The position numbers and the translations under genes were made by a program. Below are positions 7,408 through 16,414 of a stretch of DNA of 28,838 bases, piece by piece. Position 1 is the stretch's first letter, and every line of letters starts with the position of its first letter. Under the pieces are notes generated by a model. The model was not told the DNA's origin. It searched no databases and was given only the letters and a program-made list of their open reading frames with translations. Origin of the DNA: an archaeon (GTDB lineage Archaea; Iainarchaeota; Iainarchaeia; Iainarchaeales; CSSED10-239); NCBI GenBank assembly GCA_041657425.1, contig JBBABY010000014.1, positions 1-28,838 on the forward strand. The letters run 5' to 3'.

Positions 7408-8361
7408 TTAGTTTTCTTCCTTAAATATCATATTAAACACATAAATAAGTGCTGCAAATATTAAAAATACTATTGATAAGTAACTGTACATTATTGAAAT
7501 TAACATTAATGCGAAAAAAACTGCAAAATAGTTCTCAATAATTGTCATAAATGGTATTTGCTTTATAGTAGTTATAACCTTTGTTTTTACTTCTGGAGCA
7601 CTTAAATCTGGCATTGATGCTTTTATTTCTTCTATAGTTTTTTCTTTTGAAATCTCTTTATTGAGATTGTCTAAAAACTCAGTAAATTCTATAGAGTCTG
7701 TATCTGTTTTCTTTGTTAATGCAAGATATTCATCTGATGATTGAATATATTCTAGATTTGCTTTCGTACATTGTTTACTTATGGTGTAAGAAGTACCAAT
7801 CCAAGGGCCCAAGTCATCAGATACAAAAAGATTTACAATTCCTGCTTCCATTTCTTCAGCTTTTGATTTTTGATTTGGAAGTAAATAAAATACACTTGCA
7901 ATAAATATTGCAATAATTAGAAAAATAGTTACTTTTGATAACATTTCATTTGCAAGATTATAGGGGGTCTTTTTGGTTTCAATATCATTTTGATTAATTA
8001 TACAAGCAATAACGTGAGCAACCAAATACAATACTAAAAAGAGTATAAAATAAAGATTTAAGTTAAAGAATATTGCAGAAATAATTATTACTAATAATAA
8101 CGAAAATATTATAATCATCAAACTTTTTTGCTTTGAAGAATTAAAAATCACAGACAAGATGATTACAGACGTTAATGGAAAGAATATTATAAATAATAAG
8201 AAATTAATAGTAACCATAGAATTAAGCATTGACACAACATCAAAAATAATTACTGTTTGCATTGTTAGTTTTGATGACACTAGAAAGTAAATCCAAAAAA
8301 ATGCAGAAGAGATAATTAATATAGATTTAATTATATTTTTTTTATTAATAATTTCTCCCAT
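7408..8361 (-). CDS. Hypothetical polytopic membrane protein
   Basis: 317 aa. About 5 N-terminal TM helices, then a ~110-aa hydrophilic domain, then 1-2 C-terminal TM helices. Its stop is 1 nt from the start of the downstream ORF at 7406. Confidence 0.55.
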   Translation of the reverse strand: MGEIINKKNIIKSILIISSAFFWIYFLVSSKLTMQTVIIFDVVSMLNSMVTINFLLFIIFFPLTSVIILSVIFNSSKQKSLMIIIFSLLLVIIISAIFFNLNLYFILFLVLYLVAHVIACIINQNDIETKKTPYNLANEMLSKVTIFLIIAIFIASVFYLLPNQKSKAEEMEAGIVNLFVSDDLGPWIGTSYTISKQCTKANLEYIQSSDEYLALTKKTDTDSIEFTEFLDNLNKEISKEKTIEEIKASMPDLSAPEVKTKVITTIKQIPFMTIIENYFAVFFALMLISIMYSYLSIVFLIFAALIYVFNMIFKEEN

Positions 8362-8368
8362 CTTTATT

Positions 8369-9289
8369 TCACTTTAGTATTTCATCAATATTTACTAGAT
8401 CAATTGCTTCGTTATTATGAATAACAAATGAAGTTTCTGTCTGAGAAACAAAGGCGCCTACTTTTTCTAAAAGTATTGGATATGCTCCAATTACTTGAAA
8501 CTTTAGTAATTCCCTAAATGCAACTTTTCTTTCAAAACTAGACATCCCTTTGCCTACCCAAAACTCAGAGAATGCCATTCCTTCAAATCCTTTTATTTCT
8601 TCAAGTATTTTTCTTGCATTCGTGTTTCTTATTGGGATTTCATCTTGAAATATAAAAATATAAACATTTTCTCCTTCGGTAACATAACCACGGCCAGTAC
8701 TTGAAAATGGCTCAATTGCAAACCAAGTTTCAATTTCAGAAAACTTGATGTTATAATCATTCCTTACATTTGGAATTGATGGATGGTTGTGTGTTGTGTA
8801 TCTTGAAATGGTATGGCCTGTAAGATTCTCTATTGGTTTAAAACCAAAACTAATAATTGTATCTTCAATTATTTCTCCAACTTTTGCAATTGTTGCAGTT
8901 TTTGGATTTTCCACAATATATGCTTTGGATTTTAATAACGCTTTTACACTTGACTCTCTTAACAATTCAAACTTTTTATCAAAGATTATTGTTTGTGAAG
9001 AATCTGTAATGTAACCATCGATTGATACTCCAATATCAACTTTAAGAACATCTGTTTCTTTTAAAATTATTAGCTCTTCAGGACTATAAGAATTGTGAGC
9101 AGCTTGTTCGTTTATTGAAAGATTAATTGGCCAAGCAGGTTTTGCCCCGTTTTCTTTTATTAGCTCTTCAAGTTTTGTTCCAATCTCTAGAAAAGACATT
9201 CCTGGTTTAATTATCTTTTGAGCTAGTTTCTGTGCTTTATTGTTTATTGCGCCAGATTTTTTTAAAATCTCAATTTCTTCTGTTTTCAT
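8369..9289 (-). CDS. map: Methionine aminopeptidase, type 2 (archaeal)
   Basis: AWPINLSINEQAAHNSYSPE...LKVDIGVSIDGYITDSSQT...GHTISRY..H...IPN...AIEPFSSTG...SQTETSFVI follows the pita-bread fold metal-ligand pattern (D, D, H, E, E). Confidence 0.88.
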   Translation of the reverse strand: MKTEEIEILKKSGAINNKAQKLAQKIIKPGMSFLEIGTKLEELIKENGAKPAWPINLSINEQAAHNSYSPEELIILKETDVLKVDIGVSIDGYITDSSQTIIFDKKFELLRESSVKALLKSKAYIVENPKTATIAKVGEIIEDTIISFGFKPIENLTGHTISRYTTHNHPSIPNVRNDYNIKFSEIETWFAIEPFSSTGRGYVTEGENVYIFIFQDEIPIRNTNARKILEEIKGFEGMAFSEFWVGKGMSSFERKVAFRELLKFQVIGAYPILLEKVGAFVSQTETSFVIHNNEAIDLVNIDEILK

Positions 9290-9777
9290 CTTTTGTCTTG
9301 TTTATTATTTATTAAAAATATTACTGCGACTAATCCAATAGCTAAACCAAAATATACTGGCATATCAGGTATTGGCGTTGCTTTTGCGGCTTTGATTATT
9401 ACGAAATGTTCTTGAGTAACATTGTTTGATGGATTTGTGTCCCCTGAATCAGTTATTGTTGCTCTAATCAAATATGGAGAATTAGATGCGTTTGTGTCTG
9501 TTCCAGTTATGATTTTTAAAAGATCATATGTTGAATTGGAATTAACGTCTTGATTAATTATATATGTTCTAATTACAACGCCCCCTGGAGAAAACAATTG
9601 AAGGTTAATATCAATTTCTTCATCAGTTGAAGAATTATTAACAATAAGAAGATTAATATTAAAATCGGTTTTTTCAACAACCGTTTTTGGAACAACTAAG
9701 TCGCTTACAAAAAAATCAGCAGCAAAAATGGTGCCACAAAATAATAATAAAAATGCAAATATCAATATTTTTTTCAT
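9286..9777 (-). CDS. Secreted CARDB-like beta-sandwich protein with C-terminal TM anchor
   Basis: Signal peptide MKKILIFAFLLLFCGTIFA, a CARDB-like pattern (DLVVP...FNINLLIVNNS...ATITDSGDTNPSNNV) and a C-terminal TM plus basic tail (VYFGLAIGLVAVIFLINNKQDKR). It overlaps map by 4 nt. Confidence 0.45.
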   Translation of the reverse strand: MKKILIFAFLLLFCGTIFAADFFVSDLVVPKTVVEKTDFNINLLIVNNSSTDEEIDINLQLFSPGGVVIRTYIINQDVNSNSTYDLLKIITGTDTNASNSPYLIRATITDSGDTNPSNNVTQEHFVIIKAAKATPIPDMPVYFGLAIGLVAVIFLINNKQDKR

Positions 9778-9852
9778 ATTTTTTCTTTTCTCCTTACATA
9801 TATTATAGTAATATAAAGTAAGTAAGGTTTATAAAATTAGTGAAAAAGAAAA

Positions 9853-10335
9853 TCACTCAAGTTTTGAATCGTACTTGCCTGAGTTGAATTCTTTTAGTGC
9901 TTCTGCTGGGACTTTTCCATCAATATTTACTCCAAGAGATCTACAAGTGCCCATAACTTCTCTTATTGCAGTTTTCATATTTCTTGCATTTAATTGATTG
10001 TATTTTGCTTTTGTAATCTTTAAGACTTTATCAAAAGAAATATCTCCTGCAATTACAGTTCCTGCCTTTCCAGAAGCAGTCTTTAGTTTAAGTTCTTTTT
10101 TTATTAATGCACTTGTTAATGGGGCACCTACTTCTATTGAAAAGCTCTTATCTGCATTGACATGTACTTTAACAGGCACTGACATGCCTTCTAAGTCTTT
10201 TGTCTTGTGGTTAATTTCTTTAACAACTTCTACTGTGTTAATCCCTAATGGACCTAAAGCTGGACCTAATGGCGGACCTGCATTTGCTTTTCCTGCATCT
10301 ACTAAAACTTTTATTGTTGGCATATTATTTTTCAC
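9853..10335 (-). CDS. rpl11: 50S ribosomal protein uL11
   Basis: KVLVDAGKANAGPPLGPALGPLGINTVEVVKEIN is the hallmark uL11 N-terminal domain. Confidence 0.95.
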   Translation of the reverse strand: MKNNMPTIKVLVDAGKANAGPPLGPALGPLGINTVEVVKEINHKTKDLEGMSVPVKVHVNADKSFSIEVGAPLTSALIKKELKLKTASGKAGTVIAGDISFDKVLKITKAKYNQLNARNMKTAIREVMGTCRSLGVNIDGKVPAEALKEFNSGKYDSKLE

Positions 10336-10359
10336 CTAATTATTTTTTCTCCATTTTAT

Positions 10360-10797
10360 TTAATTTAATAATTTTATATTTTCTGCTTTCATTGTTATTG
10401 GAACCTTAACTGTTGCATCAAATAATTCAATAACTACTTCTTCTTTTGCTACATTTACTCTTGTTATCTTTGCTCTTGAACCTTTGAAAGGGCCAAGTAT
10501 TATCTCAACTGTTTGACCAGGCTTAATGGAACTCATCAATGGTCTTGATTCTAAAATTCCTGCAATTTCTTTAATGTTAATGTTTCCAGTAACCATTTGC
10601 CCACCCTTTATGTGAGGAACATTATGGATTAATAGTTCAATTGTTTTTTCAGAATCTGCTTCTATTAAAATATATCCTTTTAAATCAGCCATCTCAACTA
10701 AAGAATAAACAGATAAGCCATCTTCTTTAATTCTGTGATGAAGAATATCTATAACTACTCTCTCCTGACCAACTGTTGTTCTTACTGTAAAAATCAT
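10360..10797 (-). CDS. spt5: Transcription elongation factor Spt5 (archaeal NusG)
   Basis: IFTVRTTVGQE...LKGYILIEA forms the NGN domain and GQTVEIILGPFKGSRAKITRV the KOW motif. It lies in the conserved position between secE and rpl11. Confidence 0.9.
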   Translation of the reverse strand: MIFTVRTTVGQERVVIDILHHRIKEDGLSVYSLVEMADLKGYILIEADSEKTIELLIHNVPHIKGGQMVTGNINIKEIAGILESRPLMSSIKPGQTVEIILGPFKGSRAKITRVNVAKEEVVIELFDATVKVPITMKAENIKLLN

Positions 10798-10973
10798 AAT
10801 TTACCACTAATTAAATTCATTGTTAATTTTACAATAAAACCAATTACTCCAATAATAATCATACCAAGACCAACAATCTTTGCCATTGACCAATATTCTT
10901 TATTACTTGGTTTTTTTGCAATTAATAAAATTCTCTTTGATGATTCAAAAAATTCTTTTAGTTTATTTGCCAT
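10794..10973 (-). CDS. secE: Preprotein translocase subunit SecE / Sec61-gamma (59 aa, below the ORF-track cutoff)
   Basis: Manual translation gives MANKLKEFFESSKRILLIAKKPSNKEYWSMAKIVGLGMIIIGVIGFIVKLTMNLISGKL. The KKP..(D/K)EY...AK motif plus a single TM helix matches SecE. Its TGA stop overlaps the spt5 ATG (ATGA). Confidence 0.8.
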   Translation of the reverse strand: MANKLKEFFESSKRILLIAKKPSNKEYWSMAKIVGLGMIIIGVIGFIVKLTMNLISGKL

Positions 10974-10987
10974 TTTTTTATCACACT

Positions 10988-12103
10988 TTAAATACTATCA
11001 ATATCTAATTCTAAATCTTTTTTCTTTCTTCCAATACTTGTTCCTACAATATCACTTAAATATGGAATATCTGCGCCTGCAATTACTGCCATGACTTTTA
11101 TTGAGTTTCTTGGCATATCTTCATCAACTAAAGCACCCCAAATTATATGTGCATCTTGACTAATCTTTGAAGCAACTGTTTCAACAATCAATTCTGCTTC
11201 TTTTAAAGTCATATCTTGACCGCCAATAACATTTACTAATGCTTTTGTTGCATTTGAGATTTCAATATCAAGTAATGGCGAAGTTAAAGCCTCTTCAACT
11301 GCTTCCATTGCTCTTGAATCTAAATTATTTTTATTTGCTGAACTTTCTCCAACACCAATCATTGCAAGACCACCGTTAGATAGTATTGTTCTTAAATCTG
11401 CGAAATCTAAATTGATTATTCCTGCTTTTGTTACAAGTTCAATTATTCCTTTTACTGATTCTGTTAATATCTTATCAACTTCTTGAAATGCCATTTGTAA
11501 TGGTAGATCTGGAGCGATTTCTAAAATCTTGTCATTTGGTATTATAATTAAAGTATCAACTTCTTTTCTTAATCTTTCTAGTCCCGTTAAAGCATTTTCA
11601 ATTCTTTGCTTTCCTTCAACTGCAAATGGTAAAGTTACAACACCTATACAAAGTGAGCCTTTTTCTTTAACAATTTTTGCAACCTCTGCAATTGCTCCGG
11701 TACCTGTTCCGCCGCCAAGACCACAAGTTATAAACACCATGTCTGCGTCTTTTAATAAACCTTTAATTTCTTCTTTGGATTCTTCTGCTGCAGCTCTACC
11801 AACTTCTGGGTTTGAACCTGCACCAAGCCCTCTTGTTGTTTTCTTCCCAATTAATATTTTTCTGTCTGCTCTAATCTTTAAAAGAGCTTGAGCATCAGTA
11901 TTCATAGCAATCATTACTGCGCCTTCAATACCTGTCTGATTCATTCTGTCAAGACTATTTCCACCGGAACCACCAACACCGATAACATAGATGTTTGGTA
12001 ATGATGCTTTCAAGAATTCCTCTAATTCTTCATCATCACTTCTCTGGACTTTTTCACTGTTAGCGTCTTTTGCAACAACTCTGCTGCTTTGCATTCCTGA
12101 CAA
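10988..12103 (-). CDS. ftsZ: Cell division GTPase FtsZ
   Basis: GVGGSGGNSLDRM and the tubulin signature GLGGGTGTGA are present. The TTG start at 12103 sits 7 nt from a GGGGGAG Shine-Dalgarno. An alternative ATG lies at 12094. Confidence 0.95.
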   Translation of the reverse strand: MSGMQSSRVVAKDANSEKVQRSDDEELEEFLKASLPNIYVIGVGGSGGNSLDRMNQTGIEGAVMIAMNTDAQALLKIRADRKILIGKKTTRGLGAGSNPEVGRAAAEESKEEIKGLLKDADMVFITCGLGGGTGTGAIAEVAKIVKEKGSLCIGVVTLPFAVEGKQRIENALTGLERLRKEVDTLIIIPNDKILEIAPDLPLQMAFQEVDKILTESVKGIIELVTKAGIINLDFADLRTILSNGGLAMIGVGESSANKNNLDSRAMEAVEEALTSPLLDIEISNATKALVNVIGGQDMTLKEAELIVETVASKISQDAHIIWGALVDEDMPRNSIKVMAVIAGADIPYLSDIVGTSIGRKKKDLELDIDSI

Positions 12104-12243
12104 AATTAATCTCCCCCTCTCTTATTATCTTTAAACTTAAGCAATTTTATTAATATTATATAAAAAAAGATATTATATTTATAGACTAGAAACCTTTAAA
12201 TATAAATCTATTTCAAGTATTTACAAGGAACTAGTGAATTATT

Positions 12244-13152
12244 ATGATAAAAACAAATATTCTAAAAATTGGCAAAGACATTAAAGAAATTAAGATTCAA
12301 GGAGCAAGTAAGATTGAACTTGCTGCAGTTTTAGGCATTCTTGAAGTTATTAATCAAAGTAAACTTGAAGGAAATGACTTCTTAGGAGAAGTTGTTGAAA
12401 ACATTAACTATCTTATTTCTCAAAGACCTAATGAACCAAAACTTAGAAATTCCCTTAGTTATATTTGGCAAATGAGTAATAAGTATCAAAGTGTTAAAGA
12501 AAGAAATGTACTTGTTGAATTAATTAATAGTTATGAAAAAACCACAGAAACAAATAATGAATTGATTTCAGAGTATGCTTCTCAAATGATAACTAATGGT
12601 TCAACAATCTTGACACACTGCCATTCCAACTTAGTTGAAAATGCTTTTAAGAAAGCATATGACAGGGGAATTGACTTTGAAGTCATTTGTACAGAAACAA
12701 GACCCCGGTTTCAAGGAAGAATCACTGCTAAAGCACTTTGCGAGTATGGAATCAATACAACACAAATAGTTGACTCTGCAGTTTCTGCGTACCTTAAAAA
12801 AGCAGATCTTTTCATTACTGGTGCAGACGTTATCTTTCAAGATGGTTCAATTATGAACAAAGTTGGAACGCACACCATTAGTCTTGTTGCTAAAAACTTC
12901 AAAACTCCACACATTGTTTTAACTTCTACACACTGTGTTGAAACAGATATTTTTGTTTCTCTAAACGAACAAATTGAAGAAAGAAACATTGATGAGATTT
13001 GGAGCGAAGCAGATGGAAGACCAGACAACTTAAAACTAAAAAACCCAAGCTTTGATATTGTTCCAAATGACTTGATTGATAAATTCATAACAGAAGAAGG
13101 AGTGTTCTCTCCTGAGACTCTTGCCATCTGGGTTAGGAAAAATTTGAAATAA
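12244..13152 (+). CDS. eIF-2B alpha/beta/delta family protein, most likely ribose-1,5-bisphosphate isomerase
   Basis: ILTHCHSN (Cys-containing motif), CTETRPRFQGRITAKAL, TGADVIFQDGSIMNKVGT and NPSFDIVPNDLIDKFITEEG resemble the R15P isomerase / MTR-1-P isomerase family. An AMP phosphorylase gene lies in the same window. Confidence 0.7.
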   Translation: MIKTNILKIGKDIKEIKIQGASKIELAAVLGILEVINQSKLEGNDFLGEVVENINYLISQRPNEPKLRNSLSYIWQMSNKYQSVKERNVLVELINSYEKTTETNNELISEYASQMITNGSTILTHCHSNLVENAFKKAYDRGIDFEVICTETRPRFQGRITAKALCEYGINTTQIVDSAVSAYLKKADLFITGADVIFQDGSIMNKVGTHTISLVAKNFKTPHIVLTSTHCVETDIFVSLNEQIEERNIDEIWSEADGRPDNLKLKNPSFDIVPNDLIDKFITEEGVFSPETLAIWVRKNLK

Positions 13153-13158
13153 AATAAA

Positions 13159-15624
13159 TTATTTAAAATCAGCAAGGCCTTTTTGCTTAGTCTTACTTAA
13201 AAGTTCTTCTTTTGAAAGACCAAGTTCTTCAAGAATTGGAAGGATTGCTGGGACCAACTGGTTGTTAATATAGTATTCTACATCATAGTCTTTGTCTTTA
13301 ACAAACTCAACTACTTGTGCCTTATCAGAAATGCTTTTGCCTTTTTCTGTGATTATAAATTCTACTAGATCTCCTACTTTAAATTTCTTGCCTGCTTTCT
13401 TTGCATTCTTGATTGCAGACATTGCTGGGTTTAAGGTCTTATAACTTTCAAGAGATTTGTGAACAAAAGTCTGAATGACTAACTTACTGTTTGGAATATC
13501 TTTATTCTTTAAATCATCAATTATAAAATTAAGATAACTTAATGCCTTCTTACTGTCTTGGTCCATTAACACAAGTTTAAGAACTTCCTTTTGTGTTTCT
13601 TTGACTAATGGACACCAATCATGTCTTACGTATTCAAAGCCTTTAATTTTTAAATTTCCATTATAATCAAGAAGAGCATATTTCTTTTTTGCACCTCTTT
13701 CTTTATCTCTAGCATGAACAAATAACCCAGACATATAAATATCTTCTAGTTCTAAAGTCATTGCTGGGGGAAGATCTGCATTTAATTCTTTTAAATCAGA
13801 TTTTAATTTATCAATATTTCTAAACTGAATGAAACAAGAATCTGTGTCTCCGTAAATTACCATGTATCCTTTGGTTTCAAAATCTCTAATAATGTCTTGT
13901 ATCTTTAGTCTTACAAGATAATACATAATTTCTAGAGTTGATTTAGAATACCATCTTGCTCCACTATATCCCATATAACCATATGTTGATGCTAAGAAAA
14001 TCTTTAAAGCATACTGCTTGGCGTGCATACTCCTATATTCTTGTGTATCTTTTGATAATGTTTTTGCCTTATCTTTATAACCGGCTCTTAAAGTTAATAG
14101 TTCTTCTAAAATCTCTGGAACAAAACCTTTTTTATTTTGACAAATATAATGGCCAATAATGTTGTCTTGGTGTGTCTTTTCCTGCTCACAACACAAACAA
14201 TCAACAGTTTCTGGACTAATATTGTAAGAAATTAAAATAGAGATGTGATAACTTCTAAAATCCAGAACCGCAATATTTTTGTGTAGTCCAGGAACTGGAG
14301 ACTTAACATATGCTCCACTAAACTTGTGTTTTTCTCTTTCTCCAATCTCTTCAGCTGTTGGCTTATTTGGAATTAATTTTCCTTTTTTTAAATAATGCTT
14401 AAAAAATAATCTTTCAACCATTGCTCCTGCTGATGAAAAAACTAAATCATTAACTGGAAAATTAATGAAATCGGAAATCTCAAAAATTATGGAGTTGTAA
14501 TTATTTGCGAGCTCAAGTGTTGCTATTGAATCGTCTAGATTATAATCAATTATCTTGTAATAATCTTTTGCTAAATAAACTTCTCTCATTTCCTTTGGCG
14601 GAAGCGTAAGCTTTGCATTGCCTGTTAATTTTGAATAAAGAGAATTAAGATCCAACTTTGGATAATTAAAAACCTGAAGATACCTTAAAAGACGCATAAT
14701 TGCATAAACATCAATATGCACTGTGCCTTCTAAATTTATTCTTTTGTTTTTTGACTTTGAATAAACTAGTTTACTTTTTGAAAATAAAAACTCCTTATCT
14801 GTATGTTCCTTGTACGATTTTGCAATATATTCAAAATCAAAGATTCCGTTGTAAGTATAAACTATATCTATATTTTTAGAATCTATAAAATCCCTAAACC
14901 CTTCAATCAACTTTACTTCACTTGTAAAGAGATTAATCTGTAAATCTTTATATCTTTTTAAAAGTTCTGCTTGTATTTCTTCAGGATTATCATTAATGTC
15001 TAATAAAAAGAAAACTACTTTCTCGTTTTCATTATCAACATACGAAATCGAAATTATCTTATCTTTTCCTGGTTTAGGAAAAGACATATTCTCTGGAACT
15101 AACACTTCTATATCAAATGCACAGCTTTTTAGTTTGGAATGATCTGTATTTTCTAGAACGCTTATTTCTTTAATTCTATTATCATCTGTTAAAGTGTACT
15201 CTATTTCTTTAAAGTTACTTAAATTCTTATCAAGAAGAAACCTATATACAAACGGGATATCATACTCTAAAAGTTTATATTTTTTATTTGGGAAAACCTC
15301 ATTTTCAAAAAAATGATTTCTAGATTTTATTAAATCCTCTACATTTTCAAAAACTAATTTATAGATATTTTCTTCTGTTAATGCTATACCTTTTACATTT
15401 TGTGTATTCTTTAGATAGTCTATATCTACAGATTCTAATTTACTATTAAGAGATAAATAAAAATAAGGAAAATACTCTACTGCAAATATTTCTTTAATTT
15501 CCTTTTTTTTCAAAGTCACAAACAGAGATTTTTCTTTGTAAAATACGTCTAAGAATGTGGCTCTATTAACTATAGAAATTTCTTCCTTTTGTGATTTTTT
15601 AAAAAGATTAAACATAATAAACAA
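13159..15624 (-). CDS. polB: DNA polymerase, family B
   Basis: Exo I is FDIEV, Exo II YNGIFDFEYI and Exo III YNLDDSIATLEL. Motif A is LDFRSYHISIL (variant), motif B KIFLASTYGY (variant) and motif C YGDTDS. KKKYA and EYDIPFVYRFLLD are present, and the C-terminus carries a PIP-like QKGLADFK. Confidence 0.95.
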   Translation of the reverse strand: MFIMFNLFKKSQKEEISIVNRATFLDVFYKEKSLFVTLKKKEIKEIFAVEYFPYFYLSLNSKLESVDIDYLKNTQNVKGIALTEENIYKLVFENVEDLIKSRNHFFENEVFPNKKYKLLEYDIPFVYRFLLDKNLSNFKEIEYTLTDDNRIKEISVLENTDHSKLKSCAFDIEVLVPENMSFPKPGKDKIISISYVDNENEKVVFFLLDINDNPEEIQAELLKRYKDLQINLFTSEVKLIEGFRDFIDSKNIDIVYTYNGIFDFEYIAKSYKEHTDKEFLFSKSKLVYSKSKNKRINLEGTVHIDVYAIMRLLRYLQVFNYPKLDLNSLYSKLTGNAKLTLPPKEMREVYLAKDYYKIIDYNLDDSIATLELANNYNSIIFEISDFINFPVNDLVFSSAGAMVERLFFKHYLKKGKLIPNKPTAEEIGEREKHKFSGAYVKSPVPGLHKNIAVLDFRSYHISILISYNISPETVDCLCCEQEKTHQDNIIGHYICQNKKGFVPEILEELLTLRAGYKDKAKTLSKDTQEYRSMHAKQYALKIFLASTYGYMGYSGARWYSKSTLEIMYYLVRLKIQDIIRDFETKGYMVIYGDTDSCFIQFRNIDKLKSDLKELNADLPPAMTLELEDIYMSGLFVHARDKERGAKKKYALLDYNGNLKIKGFEYVRHDWCPLVKETQKEVLKLVLMDQDSKKALSYLNFIIDDLKNKDIPNSKLVIQTFVHKSLESYKTLNPAMSAIKNAKKAGKKFKVGDLVEFIITEKGKSISDKAQVVEFVKDKDYDVEYYINNQLVPAILPILEELGLSKEELLSKTKQKGLADFK

Positions 15625-15648
15625 CCACTAAAAATAAAAAAAGAAAAG

Positions 15649-16299
15649 TTATACTAGTAAATTAATTAAAACAAGTATAACTATTGTTAATAACATTAGT
15701 CCAATCTTTGAACCAACATCTTTAATATCAAATACTATTTCTGTAAACTCGAAAAGCATAATTACCCAATAAATTAAAATAAAGATAGTTAATATTCCAA
15801 ACAAGATTATTCCAATAATGTTCATAATGGTTAGTGCTGGAAATAACGTTGCACTATTTATTAAATTTGGATTTTGTAAAATTGCTTTCATTATTGAGAC
15901 AATTGCTGGAAAAAAAACCACAACTATAAATGCCACTAACATCCAATAGATAATTGTTATTAATCTAAATGATGCAAGAGCAGACAATATTTTTTCAAAT
16001 GGTTTCTTTGGCAAGTTTTTCTGTCCTCTTATAAAGTACATTAATAAAAACATTATTAATCCTAGAAGTATCCAATTGATTAAAACTGTAGAGAATATTT
16101 GTTGTAATGAATATACAAATAATTCTGGCCCTTTTAATAACCAATAAAAAGCAACACTTAGAATTAAAGAAATAATTATAACCATTAAACTTTCAAAAAT
16201 ATTTACTTTAAAGAAGAAGAAATCAATTATTGCTTTTGGTCCTCTTTTAGATTTATAAGCTTCATGTAAATTACTTTCTGTTTTTTTAACTTCTACCAT
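15649..16299 (-). CDS. Hypothetical integral membrane protein (about 5 TM, possibly Yip1-like)
   Basis: 216 aa, with a hydrophilic N-terminus followed by five long hydrophobic segments. The family assignment is only a guess. Confidence 0.45.
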   Translation of the reverse strand: MVEVKKTESNLHEAYKSKRGPKAIIDFFFFKVNIFESLMVIIISLILSVAFYWLLKGPELFVYSLQQIFSTVLINWILLGLIMFLLMYFIRGQKNLPKKPFEKILSALASFRLITIIYWMLVAFIVVVFFPAIVSIMKAILQNPNLINSATLFPALTIMNIIGIILFGILTIFILIYWVIMLFEFTEIVFDIKDVGSKIGLMLLTIVILVLINLLV

Positions 16300-16383
16300 T
16301 TTTTATCACTACTTTAATTTTAAGATTTTACCTAAATATATTTAAGATAAAAGGATATTTAAAGCTTGCGATGAGTCTTAAGA

Positions 16384-16390
16384 TTTATAA
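16384..16390 (+). promoter_or_regulatory. Candidate archaeal TATA box for the Nre-like gene (would give a leaderless or near-leaderless mRNA)
   Basis: TTTATAA is centred ~28 nt upstream of the ATG at 16415, and there is no Shine-Dalgarno in between. AT-rich background makes chance matches likely. Confidence 0.3.
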
Positions 16391-16414
16391 TCATTTTTAT
16401 TATTATTTAAGTCT

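Noticed and set aside
9998-11891. Long plus-strand ORFs antisense to rpl11 (9998..10339), secE/ftsZ (10735..11094) and ftsZ (11529..11891)
   Set aside because: Each overlaps a strongly recognisable conserved gene on the other strand. Their products are low-complexity or hydrophobic with no motifs, as expected of shadow ORFs.
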